From IMG/VR virus record IMGVR_UViG_3300037467_000723: a stretch of 64,000 nucleotides of DNA, one strand, 5' to 3'. The position numbers were made by a program, and so were the translations under genes. The notes under the pieces are model-generated. The model saw only the letters and a program-made list of their open reading frames with translations, made no database searches and was not told where the DNA came from. The DNA is from a virus. Below, in pieces: positions 42,707-52,280 of the stretch. Position 1 is the first letter of the stretch. Each line of letters opens with the position of its first letter.

Positions 42707-45583
42707 CTAGTACTCTAGGACATAGCGTAAAACAACGTCATTCGCAGTTGTGGTAGCCGAGCTGTTAGCTGCGTTTCCTGTGATAGTAGTGTTAGTAGGC
42801 GTGAAAGCTTTCGTGATAATAGTGTCCGTCGATGCACTTACATAGGCTCCAATTGCTTCATTATGCATATACCCAAGTGCAGGACTGTTCTTCGGTATAT
42901 AAGTGTAATCAAAGTCAAAGTTGTTAGCCGTAGAGGTTGAAGCATCGTAGTCCGACCACACAAGGATCCAACCGTTTGCACATTGACTTAACGATTTACT
43001 AGGCGTAATAGTCTGAGTATCCGTTAAATAGTAACCACCCGACCATAAAGTTCCTCTAGCTCCAGTTATGACAGGCTCACTGTTTAGGAACACTTGTCCA
43101 TCTAGTACACGTAACGTATCGTAATCATTCGTGAAATCGGTTGACCCAGATGTCTTACCTGACTTAAGCCATTGCATCCCCTCGGTATCTGAAGTAGCTT
43201 CATCATTCATTACGATGTTATTGGCACCGATGATATCGGAGTTATTCAGATTCAATCCATATGACTGCATAGCAGCCGTCCAAAACAAACTAGTACCCGT
43301 AGCAATTCCTCCGGCATAGTTAACGGTGAATTTTGTACTACCGGCAACGTTTAACCCAATAGCGTTTCCTGTGAAAGGGGATGGCGTAAAATAGTTATAA
43401 GTAGCACCCGTAGTGAATGCAACAGTTACTTTTGCACGGATCCAATACAGTACAGCCGTTGAAGCACCGGCCGGAATATTTGCTGTAGTACTCGAAGGCA
43501 TGAATGGTGTACTGTTTGAAACGGCTGCTTTTGCCGTCCAATCGGCTGGAGCAATGAACGTGAATGTCGCATCAGAGCTGAAGTTGTTTCCGGTTGGTGT
43601 AACACCGTTTAAAGTAGTCCAAGCCGTTCCATTCCAATACTCCCATGCGATGACCCCATTAACACCAGCTGTTATGATATCGACTATCTGTCGAGTGACT
43701 TTTGCAGTGTTACCGATGTACAAGTAATGACCAATTGCAGACGGTAATACCTGTGATTGACCAGGTAAACTGACGTTGGCCGAAGGCGTTTGATCTGCAA
43801 ATGCGGATCCATTCCAGTACCAGACTGCCGAGTTATAGTCGGTATTTAATGGCATATAAAGCATGGTGAACCAATTGGCTGAGCCTTTTTGTTCTAGTCT
43901 AATACCATCGGCATTGGCGTCTTGGAAAACGTGCATTAACGTTGCCGGCATGTTTGTATTAACACCAACACGTTGATTCGTTGTGTCAACGTTGAATACC
44001 GGATTCGCGGAGGAGTCCTGTACTTGGAACGTTGTTGTTCCGTTTGTGGACGCTTTGATTAAACCACCAACGAAAGTCGGACTGTCTGTCGTTTGAACGC
44101 CTTGGTTCATATGATAACCATCGACCATATCAGCGTTCAGATTCGCAACAGCTGTTGTTGATGTTACGGTAAACGGTGCTGTACCGGTAGCCACTGTGGA
44201 AGTTAACCGGTTGAATGACGGGCTATCCGTTGTCTGAAGAGCCTGGTTAAAGTTATATCCATCGACCAGATCAGCATTTAGGTTTGTTACTTTTGTAGTT
44301 GAAGCAACGATTAAAGGCGCTGTCCCCGTTGCCACAGCAGATACGATTTGTCCATCCGTTGATATCCCGTCATAGAACGTAATTCCGTATGAGGTATATC
44401 CAGCTGGAATGGAGCCGGCCGTATTTGGTGAAATCAACGACCAACCTAGAGCGCTAATCATCTGAACATTAAGCGTGATGGCGTCAGCACCAGCGTTATA
44501 AACTTCAAGGTACGCATAGTTACCAGAGTAAGTCGTGTGGTAAACAATACGAGCTTGGGTGATTCCGTGTCCAGCAACATAGTTTGAGAACATTACCTGG
44601 TTAATCGTTGCAGATGAAGTGTTTCCGTACATGATACCAGCGTTAAATGTAGCCTGACCGTGAACACCAGACAGAGTCCAATCTAATTCAAACCGTGCTG
44701 CGTTACGAGCGATGCTCGATGCGGACTGAGCAATACGGTACCAACCAGCTGTAGCCGGTAATGTTGCCGATTGTGACGTCTGCTGAGTAAAGCCAGCTGA
44801 ATCGATTCCATCCAACAAGTCAGCGTTCAAATTCGTTACTTTCGTCGTTGATGCTACAGTGAATGGTGCTGTGCCCGTTGCCACGTTTGAGACGAATACA
44901 CCGCTGTTGGAAATCGATGCTTTTGAGACCCCAGCAACTTGGAAGTCAGCAATGACCCCTGTGCCTAACTGGTTAATGTATAAGTTCGGGTTCGGAGAGT
45001 TTCGTTCAATATAGTTAGGACTTACATTACCCTGACCGTTGTTCGAGATAAACCCTTTGACCGTTAAGTCTCCGGTTATTAACGATCCGAACCGTGTTCC
45101 AGTTGTGTTGGATCCTGGAGGGGCTGCTCCACGGCTTGCATCAGCCGTGCTATCTGTATAAATAGTTGTTCCATCTTTGACTGTTGCGATTAAGCCATAC
45201 GTTGCTCCACCCACGGCAGTACGATAGATCCTCGTTGCTACCACGGAAGCAGCTGCTGGGACCGGTAGTGTTACCTTAACTGTCGTGTTTGCACTGGCGG
45301 TTGTGATCGCTAGGGAAGGGGAGACCGTTGTTTCTCCCGTTAATACTAATGTGCCGTCAGATTTGTAATATCCGGTCACGTACGTAAACTGATAGTTATA
45401 TGCTCCGACACCAAGCGTTGATCCAGCTTGACCAACCAAAGAGAAGCCAGTTGTTGTCGGTGCAACCACCGTAGGAGCGAATGTAATCGTTCCAATATCG
45501 TGGGTGCCTTTAAATACATCTACTAGCTGGTTTAAATCCGATGCTTGCGGTAGGCCTCCGACTGTTATGTTATATAAAGCCAT
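42707..45583 (-). CDS. tail fiber / receptor-binding protein (958 aa) with three internal about 27-aa repeats
   Basis: Gly/Thr/Ser/Asn-rich; repeats VATGTAPFTVASTTKVTNLNADLLDG x3; ribosome-binding site aaggaggttaataaATG. Confidence 0.7.
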   Translation of the reverse strand: MALYNITVGGLPQASDLNQLVDVFKGTHDIGTITFAPTVVAPTTTGFSLVGQAGSTLGVGAYNYQFTYVTGYYKSDGTLVLTGETTVSPSLAITTASANTTVKVTLPVPAAASVVATRIYRTAVGGATYGLIATVKDGTTIYTDSTADASRGAAPPGSNTTGTRFGSLITGDLTVKGFISNNGQGNVSPNYIERNSPNPNLYINQLGTGVIADFQVAGVSKASISNSGVFVSNVATGTAPFTVASTTKVTNLNADLLDGIDSAGFTQQTSQSATLPATAGWYRIAQSASSIARNAARFELDWTLSGVHGQATFNAGIMYGNTSSATINQVMFSNYVAGHGITQARIVYHTTYSGNYAYLEVYNAGADAITLNVQMISALGWSLISPNTAGSIPAGYTSYGITFYDGISTDGQIVSAVATGTAPLIVASTTKVTNLNADLVDGYNFNQALQTTDSPSFNRLTSTVATGTAPFTVTSTTAVANLNADMVDGYHMNQGVQTTDSPTFVGGLIKASTNGTTTFQVQDSSANPVFNVDTTNQRVGVNTNMPATLMHVFQDANADGIRLEQKGSANWFTMLYMPLNTDYNSAVWYWNGSAFADQTPSANVSLPGQSQVLPSAIGHYLYIGNTAKVTRQIVDIITAGVNGVIAWEYWNGTAWTTLNGVTPTGNNFSSDATFTFIAPADWTAKAAVSNSTPFMPSSTTANIPAGASTAVLYWIRAKVTVAFTTGATYNYFTPSPFTGNAIGLNVAGSTKFTVNYAGGIATGTSLFWTAAMQSYGLNLNNSDIIGANNIVMNDEATSDTEGMQWLKSGKTSGSTDFTNDYDTLRVLDGQVFLNSEPVITGARGTLWSGGYYLTDTQTITPSKSLSQCANGWILVWSDYDASTSTANNFDFDYTYIPKNSPALGYMHNEAIGAYVSASTDTIITKAFTPTNTTITGNAANSSATTTANDVVLRYVLEY

Positions 45584-45618
45584 TTATTAACCTCCTTAAA
45601 ACGTACACATAATGTGTA

Positions 45619-46110
45619 CTAATTTCCTTTCATTAAAACTTGCCATTGAATCGACAGAGTCGTAGTGTTATCGTGTGATACACCATTTAATGCTACATGA
45701 CTCCATAAATTACCGGCAGAATCGAATAAACCGGCCTCAGTTAGATCAATCGAGCCAGTAGGGTTATTTACGGGATCCACCGTACCCAAGGCGTCAGTTT
45801 GTTGGTAAGTTATCGAGTACTGAACGTAATAGGTTAAGAATGTAGTAGCGTAATCTACACCAAATCTCGTGTTAGCTAATTCGGCCCAAAGTGCTACATC
45901 GGAAGGGGAGGTACCGTTAACGTTGGTTCCCGTACCAACAGCGATTGAGCTAGGAACCGGTACTTGAACGCCTGTCCACATTTGAGCGACTTGGCCCCGT
46001 GCAAAGTTCGTGATCTGGTTTTTAAACACCTGGTCAAAAACGACCTCGCCCGTTTCTTTATCGTGCTTCATTACACGAACGTAACCAACGGCTTCTAAAC
46101 TATCGTTCAT
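45619..46110 (-). CDS. tail/baseplate protein (163 aa)
   Basis: ORF in the tail module. Confidence 0.45.
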   Translation of the reverse strand: MNDSLEAVGYVRVMKHDKETGEVVFDQVFKNQITNFARGQVAQMWTGVQVPVPSSIAVGTGTNVNGTSPSDVALWAELANTRFGVDYATTFLTYYVQYSITYQQTDALGTVDPVNNPTGSIDLTEAGLFDSAGNLWSHVALNGVSHDNTTTLSIQWQVLMKGN

Positions 46111-46380
46111 TTATGTCCACCTCCCGTTAGATCCCCATAACCAGCCACAGGAAGGAGCATTCCAAACCTCGCCTTGGACGTCAGTAGCTACATATGTAGT
46201 ACCGTCCCCCCAAACTTTTGCGGCTGGTGTACTTTGAATGAGGCGAGTGGACTCGACATTCTCCATAGTATCGAAAGGATTCGTATACATTTGGATGAGC
46301 GTGTTACTCGGATCATCATCACTTTCTAGCTGGCCTTTTCTAAGGTCGTTTATTAGCTGAATAAAAGTATCTATTTTCAT
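46111..46380 (-). CDS. hypothetical tail protein (89 aa)
   Basis: ORF. Confidence 0.45.
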   Translation of the reverse strand: MKIDTFIQLINDLRKGQLESDDDPSNTLIQMYTNPFDTMENVESTRLIQSTPAAKVWGDGTTYVATDVQGEVWNAPSCGWLWGSNGRWT

Positions 46381-46391
46381 TTTGTGTCCTC

Positions 46392-47855
46392 CTAAACGAG
46401 ATAAGGTGAGTCAGCGAATTCTATGTTATAGAAAACTATCAGACTACCAGAATCGTTCTTTACAACCGACTTAGAGACACGCTGCACGAACATCACATCG
46501 TTAAGCCCTCCAAAGCGTTTAGTACTTTTTAAGGTAAAGTTCTGACCGGCAACCCAACCACTTTTAGTTGTGGCGTTGAAGTACGCTTCGAATGTTCCGG
46601 AAATTTGCGGAAATCTATACTTTGATAGAATCAATTGGCCCTTTGCCTGTACTGCTGACAACGTAGAATTGGTCAAAGACTTATCTGAATAAACCTCTTC
46701 GTAAACGCCGTCAGTATTGCCTTCAACCTTGGCCGTTACCCCTTGAGCTTCCGGATCCTGACCGAGCCATACCATGTCTTTCAAATAGTGAAAACGTACG
46801 ACAACGACCTTACCAGAAGGTACTGCCCCGTTACCGGAAAAGTTTGGAATTCGAATTAAATGCTGGGTATAGTGGATGTAAGCAGTATTACTATCTCCAC
46901 CACGGTCAGGTGCTCCGTCGATGATGTCACGCTTCAAAGTCAATTTCGTTCCAGCAGTATTGTTATTACCATTTTTGAATGATGTATCTGCGTTATACTG
47001 AGCCATCGAATCGTAAACAACGACTGTTACGTCCCCAGCCACGGAAGAAACACGATATCCCATAGACCATTGGAGCGTTTGCCCATCGCCGGTAAACGGA
47101 AGGTAATACAGTTCGGCTGAACGTGTTTTAAATCCCTTAATGAAGATCTTGTTTACTTGCTGCTCGGAGTTCTCGACAATCTCCAGGTTACCGTAGTTGG
47201 TTATGTCAGTTTCGACATCTAACAGGTTATTCGGTAGGGGAGAGTTAAATGCCTCGAGCGTATACATATGGACGTCCTTATAGTAATCCACGTACCAACC
47301 CATCTGCACCTGATCTGCCACTGACTTAATCGCATCTGACGGTTTTTGATAGTCGGAATATACTGGCGCAATCGTTGTCCCCGAATTTTTTACGTTATAA
47401 GTAGTAAACCCAGGACAGAACGCACTGACCATGGCTTTTACGGTTGTTTCCGGAGCTTGCTGTTGATACCATCCTTGAATAAGATGTCGGTCTAGCCATT
47501 GGACATAAGACTTACAGTGAACCGTGTATATACGTGCTTGGCCCTCCACGGTCTCGTGAACTTCAACGACCACTCCACCAAATTCACGGTAAGGTTTATT
47601 TGAACCATCCGGAGCCGTGATAATAGCGTTTGGATTTTGCCAGACAATTTCGTTACCACACTTTGGTCGAACGAAAGAGACGTTTGTGGACGTCTTGGTG
47701 TCGAGTACGGTGTCGCCAGAATTAATGTACATAGTAAAATCCATAACATCCGAAGTCATAATTACGTTGTTGTCAACGTGAATTGATTCGTACTCAACCA
47801 ATGGAGTAACGTCTAATGTATTTAATAGTATCTGGACTGAGTTTGTTGCTGCCAT
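46392..47855 (-). CDS. baseplate/distal tail protein (487 aa)
   Basis: position downstream of the tape measure gene; preceded by promoter-like motif copy 8. Confidence 0.55.
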   Translation of the reverse strand: MAATNSVQILLNTLDVTPLVEYESIHVDNNVIMTSDVMDFTMYINSGDTVLDTKTSTNVSFVRPKCGNEIVWQNPNAIITAPDGSNKPYREFGGVVVEVHETVEGQARIYTVHCKSYVQWLDRHLIQGWYQQQAPETTVKAMVSAFCPGFTTYNVKNSGTTIAPVYSDYQKPSDAIKSVADQVQMGWYVDYYKDVHMYTLEAFNSPLPNNLLDVETDITNYGNLEIVENSEQQVNKIFIKGFKTRSAELYYLPFTGDGQTLQWSMGYRVSSVAGDVTVVVYDSMAQYNADTSFKNGNNNTAGTKLTLKRDIIDGAPDRGGDSNTAYIHYTQHLIRIPNFSGNGAVPSGKVVVVRFHYLKDMVWLGQDPEAQGVTAKVEGNTDGVYEEVYSDKSLTNSTLSAVQAKGQLILSKYRFPQISGTFEAYFNATTKSGWVAGQNFTLKSTKRFGGLNDVMFVQRVSKSVVKNDSGSLIVFYNIEFADSPYLV

Positions 47856-47876
47856 CTGTAACCTCCTCTCATATAT

Positions 47877-47906
47877 ACAGTCCGGCCCAAATCAGCGTTT
47901 GTAACG
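47877..47906 (-). promoter_or_regulatory. phage-specific promoter-like motif, copy 8 (minus strand)
   Basis: reverse complement reads CGTTACAAA-cgctgattt-GGGCCGGACTGT-atatatgagaggaggttacagATG. Confidence 0.6.
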
Positions 47907-47944
47907 GATAAACAGAAAAAAAAGGGAGCACAAGGCCCCCAGTT

Positions 47945-50900
47945 TTAACGCAATACCATAGACATTTGCGTACGGAACTGCTTTGCGATATTCTCAGCCA
48001 ATTCTTTGTCGGACTTAGCAGAACGGCCTTCTATGTTGATGTTCACGACCACTTGACGATTGTTCTTGTGGTTATTCATAACTGCCGTAGCTTTTGGTGA
48101 TGTGGCACCGGCAGCGTTATAAACGTGCTCCTGAGTACCAGAGAACGTTTGTTGAATACCAAGAGCAACGCCCATAGTCGCTTGTTGGATCTTGTGCTTG
48201 TTATCATGGATACCTTTTGCTAACATTTTCATCATGTTCGGCATCCACTGGTCAGATTCACCTTTAGCAGCTGGCCCTTCCTTAGTTGGAGAATGGAATC
48301 CGAGTATGTCTTTGATCTTAGCGGCAGCACCGGATACTGCACCGGCAATCTTGCCAATACCAGACTTAATACCGGACACGAACATGTTCATCGCGTTTGT
48401 ACCCCATTTCAACATCTTAGAAGGTAAGCCACCAAGGATACCGTCAATCATTCCACCGATACCACTTAGGACGCCTCTAGCTGTGCTGATACCAGTTTTA
48501 AACGCATTCTTCAATGCAGTCATAGCAGCACCGGAATGCCCGGAGATCAGCGACTTGATTGCAGAGAACACGCTAGAAACCACGGACTTGAATCCGTTGA
48601 TGGCTGTCTTAGCAATGTTAATCTCGGATTGGAACGTTTTCTTCAAGAACGATAGAGCTGCTTTAATCGGCCCCTCAATGTTAGACTTGATGGTGTTAAA
48701 AACAGACTTGACCGATGAACCCCATTTGCTAAGTAGACTCTTAACGAAATTTACGCCGGTATTGAACGCATTTTTCATGTTAGTCATCGCCTGAGTTGCG
48801 TGAGTCTGAATAAATGATTTGACAGTAGTGAACACTGTCTTAACCCCAGAGAACCATTTATCCATTAAAGACTTCACCGTATTGAAACCGGTTTTGAACG
48901 CATCCATTAGGAACTTCATCGCCTTCCCTGGTTCACCAGAGAACAGAGATTTGATCGCCATTAAGATGTCTTTGACCTCAGTCCACAATCCTTTAAGCAA
49001 CGTCTTGGCAACATTCAGACCGACTTGGAACGCCTTCTTCAAGAAATTCATTGCGGCACCAGAGTGTTCGCTAATAAACTTAGCAATGCCTTTGAACATC
49101 GCCTGGATAAATTTCGATAGAGGACGAACGAGACTTTCGATAACCTTGATAGCGCCGTTAAAGATTTTCTCGACGTACTTCCACGCTTTATCAGCAATCT
49201 GACCCATGTGAGTGAACGCCCAGCTCAGTATCTTAGAGAAACTCTTACCGAATATGTTCGTGTGAGCAAGGAACCTACCGAACCATCCGAACGCCTTACC
49301 AACAAATCCACCCATCAGATCAAGCGCTAATAGGAATGCGTTTTTAACGATTTGCCACAGATCCTGGAATACTTTCTTCCACTGACCGTTTATGATGTGG
49401 ACGAATAATTGGATTATGCCGGAGAAAAGACCCCATGCATGTTTGATGATCCCAATTATAAAATCCCATGCAAATTTCACGACGAATTTAAAAGCCACCC
49501 ATAGTGCGTTCCAGACAGCTGAATGCTTCGTGAAGAACGCCACGATGTTGTGCATCGCCTTGTTGATGTCTGGAGCCATCTTCTTAAACCAGCCTGTAAC
49601 CGTAGTGATACCGGTAGAAACGGCTTTAACAACGGTCTTTAATCCATCAACAAATGCATGTAGAATGCTGTTAACAGTTTTATTAATCGGTCCCATAACA
49701 TCCTTGTTCCACCCGGTGAAACCTTTTGTGATCGTGTGAAGGGCGTCCATCACGTCCTTTTTAGCCTGGTTGAACGTGTGGCCAAAGATCGGTTTGAACC
49801 AGTTAAGGAACTTAGAAGTTATTTCACGGATACCACCGATGTCGTGATCCCACGCATACTTCAATGCGGCAATTACAGCAATGACAGCTAAGACAGGAGG
49901 GGACATCAATCGTAGTACACCGAGTAACCGAGAGATCCCGGCAACAGCGGCACCAGCGGAAGTTATAAACATGCCAAATAGGCCCAGCATAGTTAATACT
50001 GTTCCACCGACTACCAATAAAACTGACGCAATAGCACCGAAGATTACGATTGCTTGCTTAACCGGATGACTTAGATGTTCCCACGCGTTCATCAACTTCT
50101 CAGCAAGAACGATGATCACGGCTAGAACAGGTCGTAACATTAAACCGATTTCCTTTTGAAGCGTCTCGAAGTGTGCTTTCAGCTTTTGGATTTGCATCGC
50201 TAAACCTTGAGACTTAGTATTCATGATGTCGGTCATAATGTTGTTATTGCCCATTTCTCGAGTCAGCGTTTGGAACTTATCATTGCTGGTGTTAACGATT
50301 GCCGTCATACCAGATAATGCGTACTGACCAAAGATGGTTTTAATCGCGAACTGCTGCATCTGAGGCGTTAATCCACCAAGCTTATCGTGAAGGATCTTCT
50401 GAACATCCGTAAATGATTTCATCTTACCGTGAGCGTCATAGAAGACATTCCCACCGTCTTTTGTAATCATACCGAGTTGCCTCATCATAGCACCGGCTTC
50501 TTTAGAGGCTGGAGTTAAGTTCGTCAACATACGACGAAGCGTTGTTCCGGCTTGGCTTCCACGGATACCGTGTTGGCCCAGAACGGCGATTGCTGCTGAA
50601 ACGTCTTGGATACTTACTCCAACGGCTGAAGCCTGGGGCCCAACGTATTTCATAGTTTGCAAGAAATCACCCATACTGATACGAGCGTGGTGCAACGCTA
50701 CAGTCATAGAGTTACCGATTTCCTGTGAAGCTTCTTGAGACGTTTTACCGGCTTTCTTAAACTCTTCGCCCATCTCATTGTAAATATCTGAAACTACGTT
50801 TGCGGTTTCTTCAAGGTCTTGCTGGTTGGCTGCAGCAACGTTCTTTACTACCTGGATACCACCGGACATGATATCTTGATAGGTTAGTCCTTGTTTCGCC

Positions 50901-51685
50901 ATCGTGTTCATCGCTTCAGCTATTTGATTTGCACTGAAAAACCCGTCTGAGCCCATCTGAAGCGCGGCATTACCCATAGCTTCGATTTGAGCTTTTGATA
51001 GTTTGGTTTTTTCTAAGTTGGCATTTAAAGAGGATGTTGCGTTCTTAATACTCTGGTCGAACTCGGCACCGGCTTCAACGGCAGATTCGAAGAATCCTAG
51101 CATGTGTTCACCGGTTTGTTGCAATTGCATACCGGCATCCATCATATCCCCGAAATGAAAGGCGTGAGTAGCAGTAGTGATCCGTTCTGCCATCGTAGAG
51201 GCATGTGTTGCAATACTGGAAAAATCACGGTTCATTGTCTCAGCTGTAGCATTAGCTTGAGTCGCCATTTCTCGTAGTTGCCCATCGACCCGTTCGCCAA
51301 CGTTTATGTTTGTAAGTTCCCTTGAAGACTCGTAGATACTTCTGAACGACTCCCCGATGCTGGTTGAATCCTCTCGGATAGTCTCAGCGGCATTATTGGA
51401 TTGAGACGCCATATCTTTAAGTTCCGTTTGAACCCTCTCACCAAAGTTTGCGTTACTTAATTCTCTCGTAGACTCGTAGATATTCTTGAACGACTCCTGG
51501 ATCTTTGTAGCGTCCTCTTGCACTGTTCTTGTAACGCCGTCCATCTTTAAGCCTTCCATAATGGACCTTTGAACTCGTTCCATATCTGCTGCTACGTTTC
51601 TCGCAAACTCCTCGAAAATCTTACTAGCTTCGTCCTTCGCCGAGATTAATAGACCGAGCTTTGCTTGTTGTTGCGTTTGTGCCAA
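47945..51685 (-). CDS. tail tape measure protein (1246 aa)
   Basis: length; central transmembrane-helix cluster; long alpha-helical repeats; position after the chaperone genes. Confidence 0.85.
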   Translation of the reverse strand: MAQTQQQAKLGLLISAKDEASKIFEEFARNVAADMERVQRSIMEGLKMDGVTRTVQEDATKIQESFKNIYESTRELSNANFGERVQTELKDMASQSNNAAETIREDSTSIGESFRSIYESSRELTNINVGERVDGQLREMATQANATAETMNRDFSSIATHASTMAERITTATHAFHFGDMMDAGMQLQQTGEHMLGFFESAVEAGAEFDQSIKNATSSLNANLEKTKLSKAQIEAMGNAALQMGSDGFFSANQIAEAMNTMAKQGLTYQDIMSGGIQVVKNVAAANQQDLEETANVVSDIYNEMGEEFKKAGKTSQEASQEIGNSMTVALHHARISMGDFLQTMKYVGPQASAVGVSIQDVSAAIAVLGQHGIRGSQAGTTLRRMLTNLTPASKEAGAMMRQLGMITKDGGNVFYDAHGKMKSFTDVQKILHDKLGGLTPQMQQFAIKTIFGQYALSGMTAIVNTSNDKFQTLTREMGNNNIMTDIMNTKSQGLAMQIQKLKAHFETLQKEIGLMLRPVLAVIIVLAEKLMNAWEHLSHPVKQAIVIFGAIASVLLVVGGTVLTMLGLFGMFITSAGAAVAGISRLLGVLRLMSPPVLAVIAVIAALKYAWDHDIGGIREITSKFLNWFKPIFGHTFNQAKKDVMDALHTITKGFTGWNKDVMGPINKTVNSILHAFVDGLKTVVKAVSTGITTVTGWFKKMAPDINKAMHNIVAFFTKHSAVWNALWVAFKFVVKFAWDFIIGIIKHAWGLFSGIIQLFVHIINGQWKKVFQDLWQIVKNAFLLALDLMGGFVGKAFGWFGRFLAHTNIFGKSFSKILSWAFTHMGQIADKAWKYVEKIFNGAIKVIESLVRPLSKFIQAMFKGIAKFISEHSGAAMNFLKKAFQVGLNVAKTLLKGLWTEVKDILMAIKSLFSGEPGKAMKFLMDAFKTGFNTVKSLMDKWFSGVKTVFTTVKSFIQTHATQAMTNMKNAFNTGVNFVKSLLSKWGSSVKSVFNTIKSNIEGPIKAALSFLKKTFQSEINIAKTAINGFKSVVSSVFSAIKSLISGHSGAAMTALKNAFKTGISTARGVLSGIGGMIDGILGGLPSKMLKWGTNAMNMFVSGIKSGIGKIAGAVSGAAAKIKDILGFHSPTKEGPAAKGESDQWMPNMMKMLAKGIHDNKHKIQQATMGVALGIQQTFSGTQEHVYNAAGATSPKATAVMNNHKNNRQVVVNINIEGRSAKSDKELAENIAKQFRTQMSMVLR

Positions 51686-51699
51686 CTAATTTCACCACC

Positions 51700-51900
51700 T
51701 TATGATTCTTGCTGTGATTTCTGATACTGTGCCTCACGACTTAAGAACAGAAATGCTTGCTCGATACGCCATGCCGGTTGGGACTCTAGATCAGTGAATG
51801 TCCACCCCATTTCCTTGCACAGCAAAAATTCGTTATACTCGAGTGGAGCTTCATCCGAGTAGCCCCGGAGAAGTTTGTCCACCCGATCCTTTAGTTTTTT
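51700..51900 (-). CDS. tail assembly chaperone frameshift extension (GT-like, via -1 frameshift)
   Basis: mRNA ...ACC UCA AAA AAC UAA: slippery heptamer A_AAA_AAC (plus 51894-51900); the -1 frame continues ...KKLKDRVDKLLRGYSDE into ORF 51700..51882. Confidence 0.55.
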   Translation of the reverse strand, partial: KKLKDRVDKLLRGYSDEAPLEYNEFLLCKEMGWTFTDLESQPAWRIEQAFLFLSREAQYQKSQQES

Positions 51901-52199
51901 GAGGTTGCCTCAGTACGTGCTTCTGCGAATGCTCCGGCTACTTTCTCGATAACCATCGCTGGTAATAGGTCAATGCTTTCAGCAGTTAACGGGAATGCGA
52001 TTGGTTGATTATTTTCGTCGAGTACGTATCCACCTTTTACTAAAGTCATAGTCAAGATCTCTGCTACTCCTAATTGGGACTCCATTGAATCATCCTTCAT
52101 AGCAGATGTAATTTTCTTTTGCTGCCCCCAAGAGAGCACCTTTGGGTTTTTGATTTCTACAAATTGTCCTTCGCCAAGTTCGTGTAATTCGATTTTCAT
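51891..52199 (-). CDS. tail assembly chaperone (G-like, 102 aa)
   Basis: position between the major tail and tape measure genes; ends at a slippery site. Confidence 0.6.
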   Translation of the reverse strand: MKIELHELGEGQFVEIKNPKVLSWGQQKKITSAMKDDSMESQLGVAEILTMTLVKGGYVLDENNQPIAFPLTAESIDLLPAMVIEKVAGAFAEARTEATSKN

Positions 52200-52239
52200 T
52201 AATAATTCCTCCAGTAGTTTAATAGTTTAGTTTCCGTGT

Positions 52240-52275
52240 AAAAAAAGAAGGAGCACGTCACGGAACGTACTCCCA
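52240..52275 (-). terminator. rho-independent terminator after the major tail gene
   Basis: minus-strand hairpin ggagtacg-ttccgtga-cgtgctcc plus T7. Confidence 0.65.
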
Positions 52276-52280
52276 CTAGA

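Noticed and set aside
9003-47906. Possibility that the eight identical about 30-bp motifs are a CRISPR array or a mobile-element terminal repeat
   Set aside because: Copies are separated by 0.7-14 kb of ordinary genes, not regular short spacers. Each is oriented with, and just upstream of, a gene start, which fits promoters instead.
48192-50069. Several + strand ORFs (200, 127, 115 and 62 aa) inside the tape measure gene
   Set aside because: They are antisense frames within a 1246-aa gene and have Pro/Leu/Ile-rich artefactual composition.
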